A stretch of DNA of 64,000 nt. Source: Setoptus koraiensis. Its lineage: Eukaryota > Animalia > Arthropoda. Positions 13,058 to 25,051 of the stretch are shown piece by piece (within the stretch, counting starts at the first letter, position 1; every line of letters starts with the position of its first letter). The notes under the pieces are model-generated. The model ran no database searches. It worked only from the letters and a program-made list of their open reading frames with translations, and was not told the origin of the DNA. A program made the position numbers and the translations under genes. The DNA is taken from positions 12,586,001-12,650,000 of the forward strand of contig CM106586.1 in the NCBI GenBank assembly GCA_048013815.1, read 5' to 3'.

Positions 13058-13600
13058 ATGATGGATTGCTCTTCTTCCCATTCTTCCATAGATTCTAACA
13101 CATCGGATCATCCAATTTTATCCAATATCACACGATCGCCAATCGTATATTTGACTCGTGTTGAGACATTCTGTGCCGGCCATCGCATGCACAATTCTAC
13201 TCTGGATGACCAAACAAACAAAACTCTTTTTGGTAAATGTAACAACCCTAATGGACATGGCCACAATTACAAAGTTGAGGTCACCGTTAAAGGTCCAGTA
13301 GACAGAGCCACTGGCATGGTCATGAATTTACATGAGCTTCGTGATATTATGGCTATGGTAATAGATCCAATGGATCACAGGATGCTGGATCAGGACTTGG
13401 ACTATTTTTGTCAATCAAATATAATAACGACAGCAGAGAATATTGCTGTTTACATGTGGAACAAAATAAGTAGGCTTCTTCCACATACTACATCTATGGT
13501 AAATTTAAGATTATATGAAACAGATAAGCACTATGTCGATTATAAGGGCGAACAAACGAATCCAGAATCTTCAATTGACGATTGCAATGAGGACGATTGA
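13058..13600 (+). CDS. PTS: 6-pyruvoyl-tetrahydropterin synthase (purple), intronless
   Basis: F.A.HR, GKCNNPNGHGHNYKVEVTVKG, GMVMN, TAENIA and YETD motifs. Confidence 0.97.
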   Translation: MMDCSSSHSSIDSNTSDHPILSNITRSPIVYLTRVETFCAGHRMHNSTLDDQTNKTLFGKCNNPNGHGHNYKVEVTVKGPVDRATGMVMNLHELRDIMAMVIDPMDHRMLDQDLDYFCQSNIITTAENIAVYMWNKISRLLPHTTSMVNLRLYETDKHYVDYKGEQTNPESSIDDCNEDD

Positions 13601-14127
13601 ACAACAACATCAAAAATCAAACTAATTTATAACTGTTCACCAACAATAGTACCAATCAACACAGCAATCTCACACAAAATAGTAGAATTGATTCGCGAGG
13701 ATGACAAAAGTTAATTGACAGTACACATATACGCTACGAACTATTAGTCTAAACTATTATTATTTATATGAAAAACTAGATCAACCAACCAAGGCCAAAG
13801 TAACAATACATATATTATGAATATATATATATATATATGTGTGTTCCATGTTTACATTACAATTCAATACTAATGATCGATTTTGATTAGCAATTAACAT
13901 AATTAGCTATTTCGTTAATAAGTAGCCAGCACTTCTAAGTCCTCCTCCATCGGTGAGCATTTATCAGCGTTTAAAGCAGCAAAGAGAAGACACTTTCTAT
14001 TGCGCTGCACTATCCAAAAGTAGATTCAAGCAAAGTAATAAAATCATAATTGTTCATTTAAGCAAATTCTAAAATCAAGCGCATACCGCTAGAACTATAC
14101 TGTTACGTGATCATTGATGAGTTGAAT

Positions 14128-14559
14128 TCAATTAGTTGATTGCTTGTGATTGATAGTTTCGGTTGCCGAGGCTATATTGAAATACTTGACATTGTTGCAA
14201 TCAGCGTCCATTATTGTTGCCTTATCTTTGCAAGCCATGCAATCTTCGGCACACAGTCTACCATTGTATATGCCGGATTTCCACTGTCTGACACAAATGG
14301 CACAATTGTGTAGACATGTGTTAAGTTGATCATTGCTATTCATCACTGGTGGTAGTAACTCTAGATCCTCGTTGATTAGGGGCATTCTAAGTGACAAATA
14401 ATTTCGCATTGAAAGAAAGTCTTCGTCGGCCTTATTCACATCAACCACTGTGAACACTATGACTAAGTGGACCAAGGCGACAATTGAAGAACATCCAGGT
14501 CTAATTGAGAATTTAAGTAGCATGAAGGAAGAGTTCGTCGTTGTTTTGCTGTCAATCAT
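14128..14559 (-). CDS. Eh: Eclosion hormone-like neuropeptide precursor
   Basis: Hydrophobic signal followed by CLHNCAIC...YNGRLCAEDC...DC, matching the EH cysteine frame (CIENCAQC...FEGPLCAESC...EC). Confidence 0.85.
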   Translation of the reverse strand: MIDSKTTTNSSFMLLKFSIRPGCSSIVALVHLVIVFTVVDVNKADEDFLSMRNYLSLRMPLINEDLELLPPVMNSNDQLNTCLHNCAICVRQWKSGIYNGRLCAEDCMACKDKATIMDADCNNVKYFNIASATETINHKQSTN

Positions 14560-15702
14560 TTGTTTTACTGTAAAAAATATTGTTGTGTATACTTAATTAA
14601 AACATAACTGCCGCATTTTACACAGTTGCACCTGGTGATATATTCGTCGTGTATCTTACAGAGTGAACGAATGAGAGTCTCATTGAAATATATTCGTTAT
14701 TGCTTTCAAATGATGCTGTTTGTACTGCCACTACAAACTATGATTATCTATCGCGTTAAGTTTTCATTGTGCAAAATCAACCGCTCCTGGAAATAGCGTT
14801 TTTTTCCCAATCGAGCTGCCACATGAGGATGGAAACATGATTAGGATTAATAAGCCCCAACACGAGTACTACAGCAACAGCGATCTTACCAATAGCCGAG
14901 TTGCCACTCAAAGTTTTCGAAGTACATTGGCACGATGTTAAAGCTAACGCAACCTTTATAACGGCACCAACTAACCTACGCCATCATCAAACTTACGCAA
15001 GACATGACTGATGTCGGTTTTTGATTACAACATATATTACATACTTCATACATGGAAAGTTATGGAAACATTTCGGTGGAAGATTAGCTGTTTAAACATG
15101 AGCTCTCTCAGGTGAGTTCTTACAACAAAGTTGTGAGATGCGACTGAATCGATACAGTTGTAAACTGTGACGAACATAAAAAGGAAAAGTACAACACGTA
15201 CTAAGAGAGCTGAAAAAATTTCTCACTTTCATGCCTTAATGATTACATAGTAGTGATGTTGATGATTTAACAACAAATATTGCATCAGATCGGAAAAATT
15301 AATTGCCGACTATGACAAAATAACTGTAGATACATGAATTCATCTATACACATATCCGTACATATAATCAAGATTTGATCAGAGTGTGGGAAGTCTAGTA
15401 TTGTGAATTGATATCATATTTCAATGCACAATTTTTCGTTATGACACTGTAAGCAGGTTTGAAACTTGTTGATAGATAAGTAAAATTCGTAAGGGTCTAT
15501 TCCCTTGGCAAACTCACAACATTCAGCACAGCCAACATCTAACGGATTAATATAAGAATGAATTTCACTATACTACGAGTCAACAGGCTAGATGTGGTAT
15601 AAGTGCATGTATTGATTGGGACGAAAATCTTGTAGCGACTTGGATAAAAAACGAATGAGATAAAAATACCTTTATTATTATTTGTACAATAAGATCATCT
15701 TC

Positions 15703-17664
15703 CTATTCTTCGGTCAAATCTGCTTGCGAACTCTCTTGAGTTGAATTGTCGTCTTTATCTGTACTGACTCCGTTCGTGTTGGTATGGTCTCGTTTGGAAA
15801 TTCCTTCAGCCAAACGATTGGCTTCTTTGTGAAAATCATTATCAATCACAAGACCAAGACATTCAGCTATAGTTTTAGATTCATCTCTATCGTTTGCCAT
15901 ACATATCTCGCAAAGAACTGGCTCGTAACCTTCCAAAGCTTGCTGTATAGATTGAGATCTAGAGGCTAAATTTCTAAGAGTAAGCGCCGATGTAAGCCTC
16001 ACGCTTATACTGAGAGGTGACTGAGGTTGTATATGCAATCCGTTGGTACCATTCAAATCTAATCCAACTGCGGCATGCCTTTTAATGGCTAACAGTGCGG
16101 CATTTGGGGCATATCCTGGATGCTCAGGAGGCTTTACGGGTGGTTGGATTGCGGTCGACCCAGTGGTCGTTAATTGTTGAGTCCTCATTGCGCATTGTTG
16201 CAAAACTGCTGGATTACAGTGGAAATCATTGAGGTGCGTCAATAAGGAATATTTGGGACGTTTTGTTCGGCATCCAGGACCAACACCAGATGGGCCCGAC
16301 CAGAGACAGGATGTCATGGAGTCGTTGGGTAATGAATTTACATGGGTCTCGAAAACATGGGTGTACACTTGTTTCGGGTTAGTAAATGTTTTTTTACATC
16401 CATCCCAATCACAGACAAACTCTAGGATCCTTAGTAACCTACAGAGAACTTGAGATGAATTCTGAACAGGTGTTGCACACTGTTTGGGTATGGTTGTGGG
16501 AATTGGTTGGGAATTCGAATTTACTGGTGCGCTGACCAAGGGGGTAACAGGATGGTGGCTTCCATTTTCTTCCATAGTTATTCTTTCATCAATCAACTTA
16601 ATTCTCTTAAGTGATGACGAAGTGAAGTAGCGTTGTGCGTCGCAGTTCAATAAATTTATTAAGAGTTTGATCAAGTATCTTCGCTCTGAATCTATAATTA
16701 ATTGAGGTTGATGTTGAGATATATGGTAGCAGCACTCTAAGGCGGACAAAAATAAAGTTACATCATGTTGACACGTTAGTAATTGTTCCAGTCGAGCTAT
16801 CAAGTTGTTCTCTAGAATCATTACTGCTATCTTGGACGACAATCGTTGACTGGATGACGATAATAACTTAGATACGATTTCAAGGCAGCGGTTGACGGTG
16901 TATACATCGCCGTTCTCTTGATTGATGGCTTTTAAACAAAAGCTATGTATGGAATCAATCAATTTTTGGCTATTAGGATCATCCATCTCAGATAATTTGG
17001 ATAGTTTAGGGCTTACATTAGCAATAATATCAAGACCAATATCTTTGAAAGCTATATCGTCACAAAAGAGTAACAAGGCCGCAAATTTTAGGAGAGAACC
17101 TGAGGCACAGAGTTTCTTTTTCTTAAGCGTATGTTGATAATGAGTATGTTGTTCATTTGTCATTCGATTCTTCTTCTTGAAGCCGGTTGTCAATGATATC
17201 TGACGAATGAGCTCCGCTACGTGCTTGATTCTTTTGTATATTTTCGAATGATTTTTGTTGCTATGATTGGTAAGTTGATCAAATCTCATATATTGTGGTA
17301 GTGTATGGGCCGGTATAACCGACATCTTGTAGACTTTGAGATTGGTTTCGTCGTTTTCAGGGAAAAGTTTTCGCCAGAACCTGGCAAAACAATAGCAACT
17401 ATTATTGGCATCATCATCTTGTTCGTCGCAAACACAAATGAACACTTGCAGGCTTTCGCAAATTGCATCTACTAATCGGTAGTCCTCTGACCATGATAAC
17501 GAGTCACTATTAGCTAACAATGTGGATACATGCATGGCAAAATCAATCTCATTTGGTAGTCCGCTCTTGAGCGAGCATACAAGCTTGTGTAATGGATGCG
17601 CCTGGGCAGTTATAAGCGATGATTTTTGTTGACCATCCACCGATGGACTATTGACGTGATGCAT
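15703..17664 (-). CDS. ARID2: ARID2/BAP170 (PBAF subunit) orthologue lacking ARID and RFX domains; intronless, ATG at 17664
   Basis: KLVCSLKSGLPNEIDFA (human KLVLSLLSGLPNEVDFA), an ARM-like region, tandem C2H2 fingers (CDWDGC...HVFETH; CLWSG...HLNDFH) and C-terminal VRLTSALTLRNL. Confidence 0.9.
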   Translation of the reverse strand: MHHVNSPSVDGQQKSSLITAQAHPLHKLVCSLKSGLPNEIDFAMHVSTLLANSDSLSWSEDYRLVDAICESLQVFICVCDEQDDDANNSCYCFARFWRKLFPENDETNLKVYKMSVIPAHTLPQYMRFDQLTNHSNKNHSKIYKRIKHVAELIRQISLTTGFKKKNRMTNEQHTHYQHTLKKKKLCASGSLLKFAALLLFCDDIAFKDIGLDIIANVSPKLSKLSEMDDPNSQKLIDSIHSFCLKAINQENGDVYTVNRCLEIVSKLLSSSSQRLSSKIAVMILENNLIARLEQLLTCQHDVTLFLSALECCYHISQHQPQLIIDSERRYLIKLLINLLNCDAQRYFTSSSLKRIKLIDERITMEENGSHHPVTPLVSAPVNSNSQPIPTTIPKQCATPVQNSSQVLCRLLRILEFVCDWDGCKKTFTNPKQVYTHVFETHVNSLPNDSMTSCLWSGPSGVGPGCRTKRPKYSLLTHLNDFHCNPAVLQQCAMRTQQLTTTGSTAIQPPVKPPEHPGYAPNAALLAIKRHAAVGLDLNGTNGLHIQPQSPLSISVRLTSALTLRNLASRSQSIQQALEGYEPVLCEICMANDRDESKTIAECLGLVIDNDFHKEANRLAEGISKRDHTNTNGVSTDKDDNSTQESSQADLTEE

Positions 17665-17888
17665 CGCGAGAGGTATTTCGATGTAAATCAATTAAGTTCC
17701 AATAGATGACGCAAATAATAAATAAATGTGTGTTTATAGTCAATAATAAAATGATAAAATACAAATGTCGTCGATGATAATATCGAGAGAACGTACTGGG
17801 TGTAATCACATTTTTTATATACTTTCTGTGCATGGGCACACATTTGGCGCACTCTGCACACAAACGGCACAAGTCGCATTTGTAGCAG

Positions 17889-18220
17889 CACTGTGTGGGG
17901 TTTTTCCAGTACGTTTGCGCTAGTTTACAAAAAGATCCGACAGGGCGGCGCTGTCCGGCTTTCTCTAACAAAGAGTGAGTTGTTAGCAGTGTCAGCGAGT
18001 TCATTGTGGGCAACATGTACACTGAACGCAGCGCAACAGCGAAATGCAGCCGTACCCTTTTGCGCTCAACGTGAGAGCACGCTGAGGCGAGCAATCAAAA
18101 AAAGAAAATATCTAATAGGACAGCCCGCGATTGATTGTGCATTTTCAGGCGACACCAGCGCCTCTGACGATTCAATTTGCAAACCGCTTGAGACGTGCTG
18201 GAACCACCGCATCCACAGTG
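17889..18220. mobile_element. Non-autonomous DNA transposon (MITE) with ~65-bp imperfect TIRs starting CACTGTG; Transib- or CMC-like
   Basis: Left end CACTGTGTGGGGTTTTTCCAGTACGT...GTTTACAAAAAGATCCGACAG...GGCGCTG aligns with the reverse complement of the right end, CACTGTGGATGCGGTGGTTCCAGCACGT...GTTTGCAAATTGAATCGTCAG.AGGCGCTG. The 5-bp flanks AGCAG/CGCTG match only 3/5. Confidence 0.7.
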
Positions 18221-18829
18221 CGCTGAACGGCCACTAGTTTCGCTCTGGGGCAAAGAGGCGGGGAAATAATCTCCGAGGTTGCACAAACTAATACGTGTTT
18301 CTTTCCCCCTTCATTCATGAATGTTACTCTGCTGATTCACAGAGTCAATAGCTGGAGATCGTGTGATGCCCATTGTGAGACGTCTCGCCCTGTGATACGT
18401 CCACACGTGAGACGCCCCCACACGGGATAAAGAATTGCTCAACATCTCTCACATCCTAAATCCTAAATTGAATGAATCCAATCCTCAGACACGGAGCTAA
18501 CCAAAAATTAACTCGCAAGCTGTATATCCCCCTTTCAAATGTGGGACCCTGCAGCGTACAATTTCAATCGAACGTACAATTATCGAAACTAAGATCGACT
18601 GCACCCCAGCATCCCATCGCATGATCTGGGGTGAGATGTGAGGCGCCGAGGTGCAATTTGAGCCACGTGAGTAACTTCATCACAAGCTCGCACGATCACC
18701 AACTATTGTCACAAACTATTGACAATCGTTGTCAGACAATTGCATTTTTCAAAATCTCGCGCGATGCGTACGAATGTGGACCGCACGAGGTTTTCAGCAC
18801 ACACGCGCGTTCGAACAGGTAGCGGGCAC

Positions 18830-19247
18830 GAGACCGGCCAAATCACGCACAGGTATTATTTTCAGCTTTGTAATGCACAGAGGACACGCGAATTGATATG
18901 GGCAGGGTGTTGCAACTTGGTATCGGGCGCGCGTCGGACAATCTCCCGAAACCAAGAGAGTCCCGCCTAAACCGGAAATGATTATCCCAGACACGCCCGT
19001 CATTTTCATGCTGACCGCTTTATTTGCCGCCAAAAAGCGATATTGTCGTCGGACATTCCGATTGCATCCTTGGCAGAACTGCCGACGATTAGCAGCAATT
19101 CCTGGGGCCAGATATTCACACGAAGCAGTGCAAAAACTGCAAGAATTGTGCACGAATCTGGCTCGGAGAAGATCACTTCTATCAGTCCTCACTCTTGATC
19201 TTTTTATTTTTTGTTTTCTTCTTTCCGTCACCCTTTTTCTTATCTGA
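18830..19247 (+). pseudogene. Possible frameshifted, degenerate extended-Tudor domain relic
   Basis: One frame reads TWYRARV...F.LHPWQ.C..LAAIP...YSHEAVQKLQEL; another frame upstream reads ITHRYYFQL. There is a stop at 18894 and no FVDYG motif. Confidence 0.35.
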
Positions 19248-19739
19248 ATTGAATTCTTTTTTTGCAGTTAGTCTATTGGCTTTGAGTTTTCTCTTCCCTA
19301 TCCACAGTTCAATCAGCTCGGGCAACCATAACTCCCAATCGGTGTGAAGTTTCTTGAATTCATTTACTTTCGTCACTATACTGTTGTGGCTAGCAAGACG
19401 TGCCAACGCCTTATTGTGACGACTCTCGTCGGCGTTTTCTAAAACTTTCTGCCAATGATCTCGTGATTTTAGCAGAGCCTGACAGGTTACTTCAAAAGCG
19501 TCGGCTGTCTTGATTAGTTTGTACTCCTCCAATCTGGTGTCTCGTCTTTTAATCCATTTGGCAATGGTTTTGTCCAATTTCTCAACGTCCTTAGATTCTT
19601 CTCTCGCCGTTTCCCAACATTCTATTTTCTTGGAAAGATTTTTCACCTCACGGCACGATTTCTGACAGACCATCATTTTGGTCTTCTTGATTTGCGTTCT
19701 CATCTGCGCAAAAAATTGTGATGTGGCCTCTTTGTCCAT
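19182..19739 (-). CDS. SRFBP1: SRFBP1/Bud22-like protein, N-terminal domain only
   Basis: MRTQIKKTKMMVCQK..REVKNL, RLEEYKLIK and KALARLASH resemble SRFBP1 [33 protein letters not shown] and RAIARLAVH (from memory). Confidence 0.65.
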   Translation of the reverse strand: MDKEATSQFFAQMRTQIKKTKMMVCQKSCREVKNLSKKIECWETAREESKDVEKLDKTIAKWIKRRDTRLEEYKLIKTADAFEVTCQALLKSRDHWQKVLENADESRHNKALARLASHNSIVTKVNEFKKLHTDWELWLPELIELWIGKRKLKANRLTAKKEFNSDKKKGDGKKKTKNKKIKSED

Positions 19740-20147
19740 TGCGATGTGGTTAAATCACTATTTTGTTGACTCTATGAGCTCAAAAGGTTTCAGCAAACAT
19801 ATACATCCATCATCGCCTTCATAATCTCGGGAGATATAAGAAAAATGAGAGTGTCCCGGTGAAAATGATGATAAAGTCAATGCGAACACGCGTGTTTTCA
19901 CTCTCATTGATTCGATCAGCTGTTCAGTTTGTAAACACGCTGTGGAAACGCTTCGCGAACTGGCTCACAGTAATGATAACGACTGTCGCGAAACGAAACT
20001 TTTACTAGGTAACCATCGAATATTCATATCAATAATTACGGTTTCAAAGGATGATTTGCGAAAATATCTAATCATTAAGAAGCAACTCACCCGTTACGTT
20101 GTTTCTATGGGTCGGATAATCTCATCCGACATCCGGCACGTCCTGCA

Positions 20148-22351
20148 ATGAACCAGCAGGCCACAATAGAGACTTTCTTCTATATGCTAGGACAGTTTGC
20201 ATTCGAAAAGGCAAAAACTTATATCGTAAGTAACTATTGCACTGATTCATGTTGGAACTCTGTGTTTGTAAGCTAAACTAATAACGTTAATATGTCTTGA
20301 CTTAATTAAAAACAAAATCACTTTTACAGGAAGCAAAAAAAGACTTTTTGTACAAGGCATCTCCATCCTCCTCGAACCAACCTCCGTTTGTCTCATTGTT
20401 GGCCACTTTCGCTCAATTGGCTGAGGCAGAAAAATGTTACCACAATCAGCCCTTTGCACTACAGTTATCAACCTCATTCTTGCCACCGAGAAATTTGCTC
20501 CGCAGAGAGCGTAGTATTAAGGATATCTATGAGGAGATTAGGGTAGAGTTGCAGAAAATTGAGGCCAGACCAAGACAAGATCGACTTCAGGCCGAACTGG
20601 AACGGAAACTCACCATAACTGTTACGAAACATGCTGACAACGAGCAACAGAATGTTTGTAATGGAGATAGCACCAGCATCGACCAAGTGATTAAAACCAC
20701 AGATCCAAAGGATATTCCAAACAAAAAAATAGCAATCGAATCTTCGCCAAACGTAAGTTGTCTGCAGAATGCCAATCGAGCGTCTACATCCAGTTTCCTT
20801 GCATCTCAGGAAAAGGCTCCATCAGAGAATTTCGCATCGCCTAAACGGCCCAGATCGAGTAACAACAGTGATCATGTCAGCAACCATCACGATCAATCGC
20901 CGAATAAATACTTCACTCTATCGCCACTATCTTGGCTATATAATGGTTTCAAACAAAAGACACCCACATCTTCGTCTGACAAAAGAAGAATCAGTCAGCC
21001 CGGAACACCGTCATCTGCGGCAAGGAGATTATTTTGTGACGCAGACGACAAATCTGATGAATTGAAGTCAGGCACAATAAGGAAATCAGAGTCCATGTAT
21101 GCAACTATCGTTACTGATGGATCAAAAAAACAAGACGACAACAACAGATTTGGTATTGATGAAGCAACACATAATAGCCCTAGCAAACTTTTGGCGGCTC
21201 ATTCTTCTTCAAGACAAGTACTATCTCCCATCGCATCTGGCAAGAATCACGCTAATAATAATTATCACAACCGACAATCTACTGCCACCGCACCACCACC
21301 ACCGAATTCATTGGCTGTAACACCCATGACACCTATGATAGTTGCAGTGGATTTCTCTGAGGAGCTTATGTCTCATTTTTGTCTACAACTACAATATTAT
21401 ACTCAAGCGAGATTAGAACTGATTGGTATCTACGGAAAGTTATACAATGTGTCTAGTAAGAAACATCTCCACGTGGACGGAATATCACTACAATTGTCTA
21501 TGTTTTGTCGCAAGTATCAAAAATACTTTCATCATCCATTGTTGGCACCAATCAAAGAGGGGATGACTCTCGAATGCGAGGTACTAGTTACACTAATCAA
21601 AGCTATCATAGACATTCAGCATAGTAGATTTTTGCAATCGGTGTTTGATTTGCAAGAGGCCCTGCAAAAATTAAATTATTGGGCCAGTAACACATTCAAT
21701 AAGGATCATTCGAAGAGACGTTTCAATATAAAAGCACAGCCAGTTCCGCGCCTTTATGATTGGATGTGCAAGTTGAGAGAGTTCCTAGTGGCAAAATTTA
21801 CCATTTATTTTCACACAACCCTTTATAGGAACTTACCTCGAAGCACAATCAAGAATACTTATACAAAACTATCTATTGACTTTTATCAGAAATTGTCTCA
21901 TTTTCAGAGAAAAGTTGACGCTTTATTCATTGCCTTGCTCATTGATGTGTCAAACGAGAAAGATTATAGAGGACAGGGTTACCATTTTGCCAGGCGATCT
22001 GGTGATCAGCCAACACCAAAAGGTAACAGTGCATTGCAGGTAATGATAATGACTCCAGCAGAGGCCAAGCCAAAATTGGACGGTTTACTTGGTGAATTGT
22101 ACGTGATTGTACTTAGACAGGCAGACAATTTAAATGGTGGTCATTATCAATTGTTTGATCCATCGAAGCAACTGACATTCTTTTTGACAAAACCGGATCC
22201 CCATATTATATTGGTGACCGCCGTTGAGGGCCAGAGGCCCGACAAGGAGGTCATGGTGAAAGCATTTATGATAGACATGACACACCAATTGAGTGGAAAC
22301 CGAATGATATTATCATTGAACAACACGAGCACTAATTTGCCATCAAAATGA
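20148..22351 (+). CDS. KICS2: KICSTOR subunit 2 (C12orf66); exons 20148-20225 and 20330-22351
   Basis: Exon 1 MNQQATIETFFYMLGQFAFEKAK (not in the ORF track), GT-AG intron in phase 0, then LLATFAQLAEAEK, HHPLLAPI...LECEVL and LVAKFTIYFH. Confidence 0.92.
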
Positions 22352-25051
22352 TCTTTCTCACGTCGTGACCACACTACCACGCTGTGCGTACGTTAGCGTA
22401 TTACATAAATATAAACAATTATAACTATACTGTATGCTTCCTATATAATCCACTCAATAGTGATCTCATGGATTGCACAACAGCAGCGTCTCACTAACTG
22501 GGTTGATGCAAACCAGGTCTACGCATAACAAGACTGACAGAACAAAACAAAATGAAGACTCACCACCGACAAAGAGGCTTGACTAGTGAGCGAGTGTGCC
22601 AACAACACGAACAAACTATCGACTTATCCGACAAGCTGCATGATTGATGCGTATGTGTGTCAAGATCGACTCGAATAGAATTAAAATAAAAAACAAAATT
22701 GATTGTCATGATGCGCTCGCGATTGGAATCATGCTCTGCTGCTATTTAGGCGCCGCTATTTGTATGACAGGCGATCTAGTAATTGTGAGACGCGATGAAC
22801 TCGCGAGGAAGGGGTTTTGTTGTTGATAAGTATCAAGATGAATGTTTGAGCTTATGTTGATTTGTGGCGCCGATTTAGGCCAAGTTTAACTCTCTGGCAA
22901 GACTGTCAGTTGTTCGCAGACCTTGTATCATACGTTTGTCTGTGTTTGGCACGCTATGCGCCAGCTCTATGGATATTACAAGAGTGTAATAGCGAATAGA
23001 GAAATAGAAAAATATCTCGCTTGCTACTGTTTGTTGGCGTGGCGAGGTTTCAACAACGGTCTGGCATTCGCTGGCATTATATATATACAGGCTCGCTATA
23101 TACAGGCTAAATATATGTATGGGGGCGCCTCGCATGAGCTACCACCTGGCACGACAAAGAGATAAAAAGTTATAGCTGTATTATAGGCAACTTATATGAG
23201 CCAGATACACACATATGATGGTAAGAAGTGTCTTGCTGGTATGGCCGGTATAAAGTGGGTGCCAGCCAGCCAGTCAGCCAGCCAGCCAGCTATCCATCTA
23301 GCCGTAGACTCGCGTAGCCAGTTGCATGACGTTACGCGAGACTGGTACGGAGGAGCGCGAATGAATAGGCAATCTGGGGCTCGCGAATGTGATGAAGCAC
23401 CACCAGCAACCACCAGCCATCTTGGCCAGCCTGACATTGTGCCCGATTGTGTGTCACTGGGTCTAGCCAGAGCCAGCATACCTAGGCCAGTGCAGCGCAG
23501 TGGGTAACTGTTAACTGTTGTTAACTGTTTGCTTCTCTCTATCTCTCTCTATATGTAATGGTAGCAAGCTGAACCAGGAAGCTAGCGAGGCAAAAGCTTT
23601 CCATTTGTTTGTATGTGTGTTTATGTGGGCGAACATGAGCGCCCTATTGGGACCTAGGGGCGCTTGCGCGCTTTTTACCAAGCGCATGTCGGCCAGCTAA
23701 GCCGAGCCGAGTTGAGTAGTGCGTACACGCTGCGCCTAGCCAAGCCGAGCGGAGCCATGCCAAGCCAATGACTCCTGAATCGGACTTAAGTCATGGTTCT
23801 TCGACCCCGAAGCTCCATTATCTGGCTAGCGCATTAGGTTGTTGTGTTGAGTCCAGTGTTCCACTTATTAAGGCAAGTGTAAATTTATCCTATCCGCCTG
23901 AACTATATATATCTGTATATACATGTATTGTTGTTGTTCATAACTGTTACTTTTGTACCACGACTGTTGCTGTTGTCGCTGCTGCTGCTGCTGTCGTGAG
24001 TCTAGTCAGGCCTACTCAGCCAGCCCCAATAGCTACGTAGACAGCTCATAGGTGTTTCGTGCACTTGCCAAGATTGGTTGCTGTACGAGCTATAGCAGAC
24101 CTAATTTAAGTCTCGCCCCCACCTCAAGGCTATAGGCCCGATATATCTCCGATTGTTTGACCCTTTTATTTATACACACGCACATACACAACACTAGCAA
24201 TATACACATTATGTAACGCGATAATAACAGTCATAATTGAGTAGATGCACTTCCTACATGGTGCACAATCAATATGGCCCTGTATCTCGCTATGCAAGTT
24301 GCTCGCCACTGACAATCTAAACAATGATCATCCAACAGCGAATGAATATATGCAAATCGACACAAACAACAGCCACAAACAATAGACAGTTCAGCATATC
24401 ATAAAGTATCATCATCATCATCGTCGTATCATCGCTCATGACACAGATAATAACAGCACACACTACTCAATCACGAACCTTGAGCAATAACGGCACACTC
24501 ACAACAAACAATGCCAAATGCCAAGAAGTTTTTCAAGGTAATTAGCAACATTACAAGCATTAATGGCGTCGCAACACAAGTCATTTGCGTGCCACAGCAA
24601 GCACTGTAACTAATGAATTTATTTCACTATATCTGAGACATTCAGCTCAAATTGACTCGACTGGCGAGGCTATCAATGCAAGGCATAATTGCCAATCTGC
24701 ATGTTACATAATCCTCATCATTGCAGGCGCAGCAACAACACAACTGACACTGACACCAATCGAGACTGATGAGATCGGGTTGACAGTTGCTGCCGTTGCT
24801 GCTGCTGTTGCAATCATAACAATAACGAACACTCTATCATCACTAGTTGCTGACACTGGCTAACTCAACAGCAATGGTCGACAATAAACCTCAATAACCA
24901 CCAACAATCAGCTCGCGACCACAATGGTCACAACGATCATCCATTTACAACGTGTTAATTACAACAAAAATATTAATTAGATTATGTTAGACACAAACAA
25001 ACAAAACCAATCAACTAACACAAGAAGCTATTGCGTAATTGTTTAGAAACC

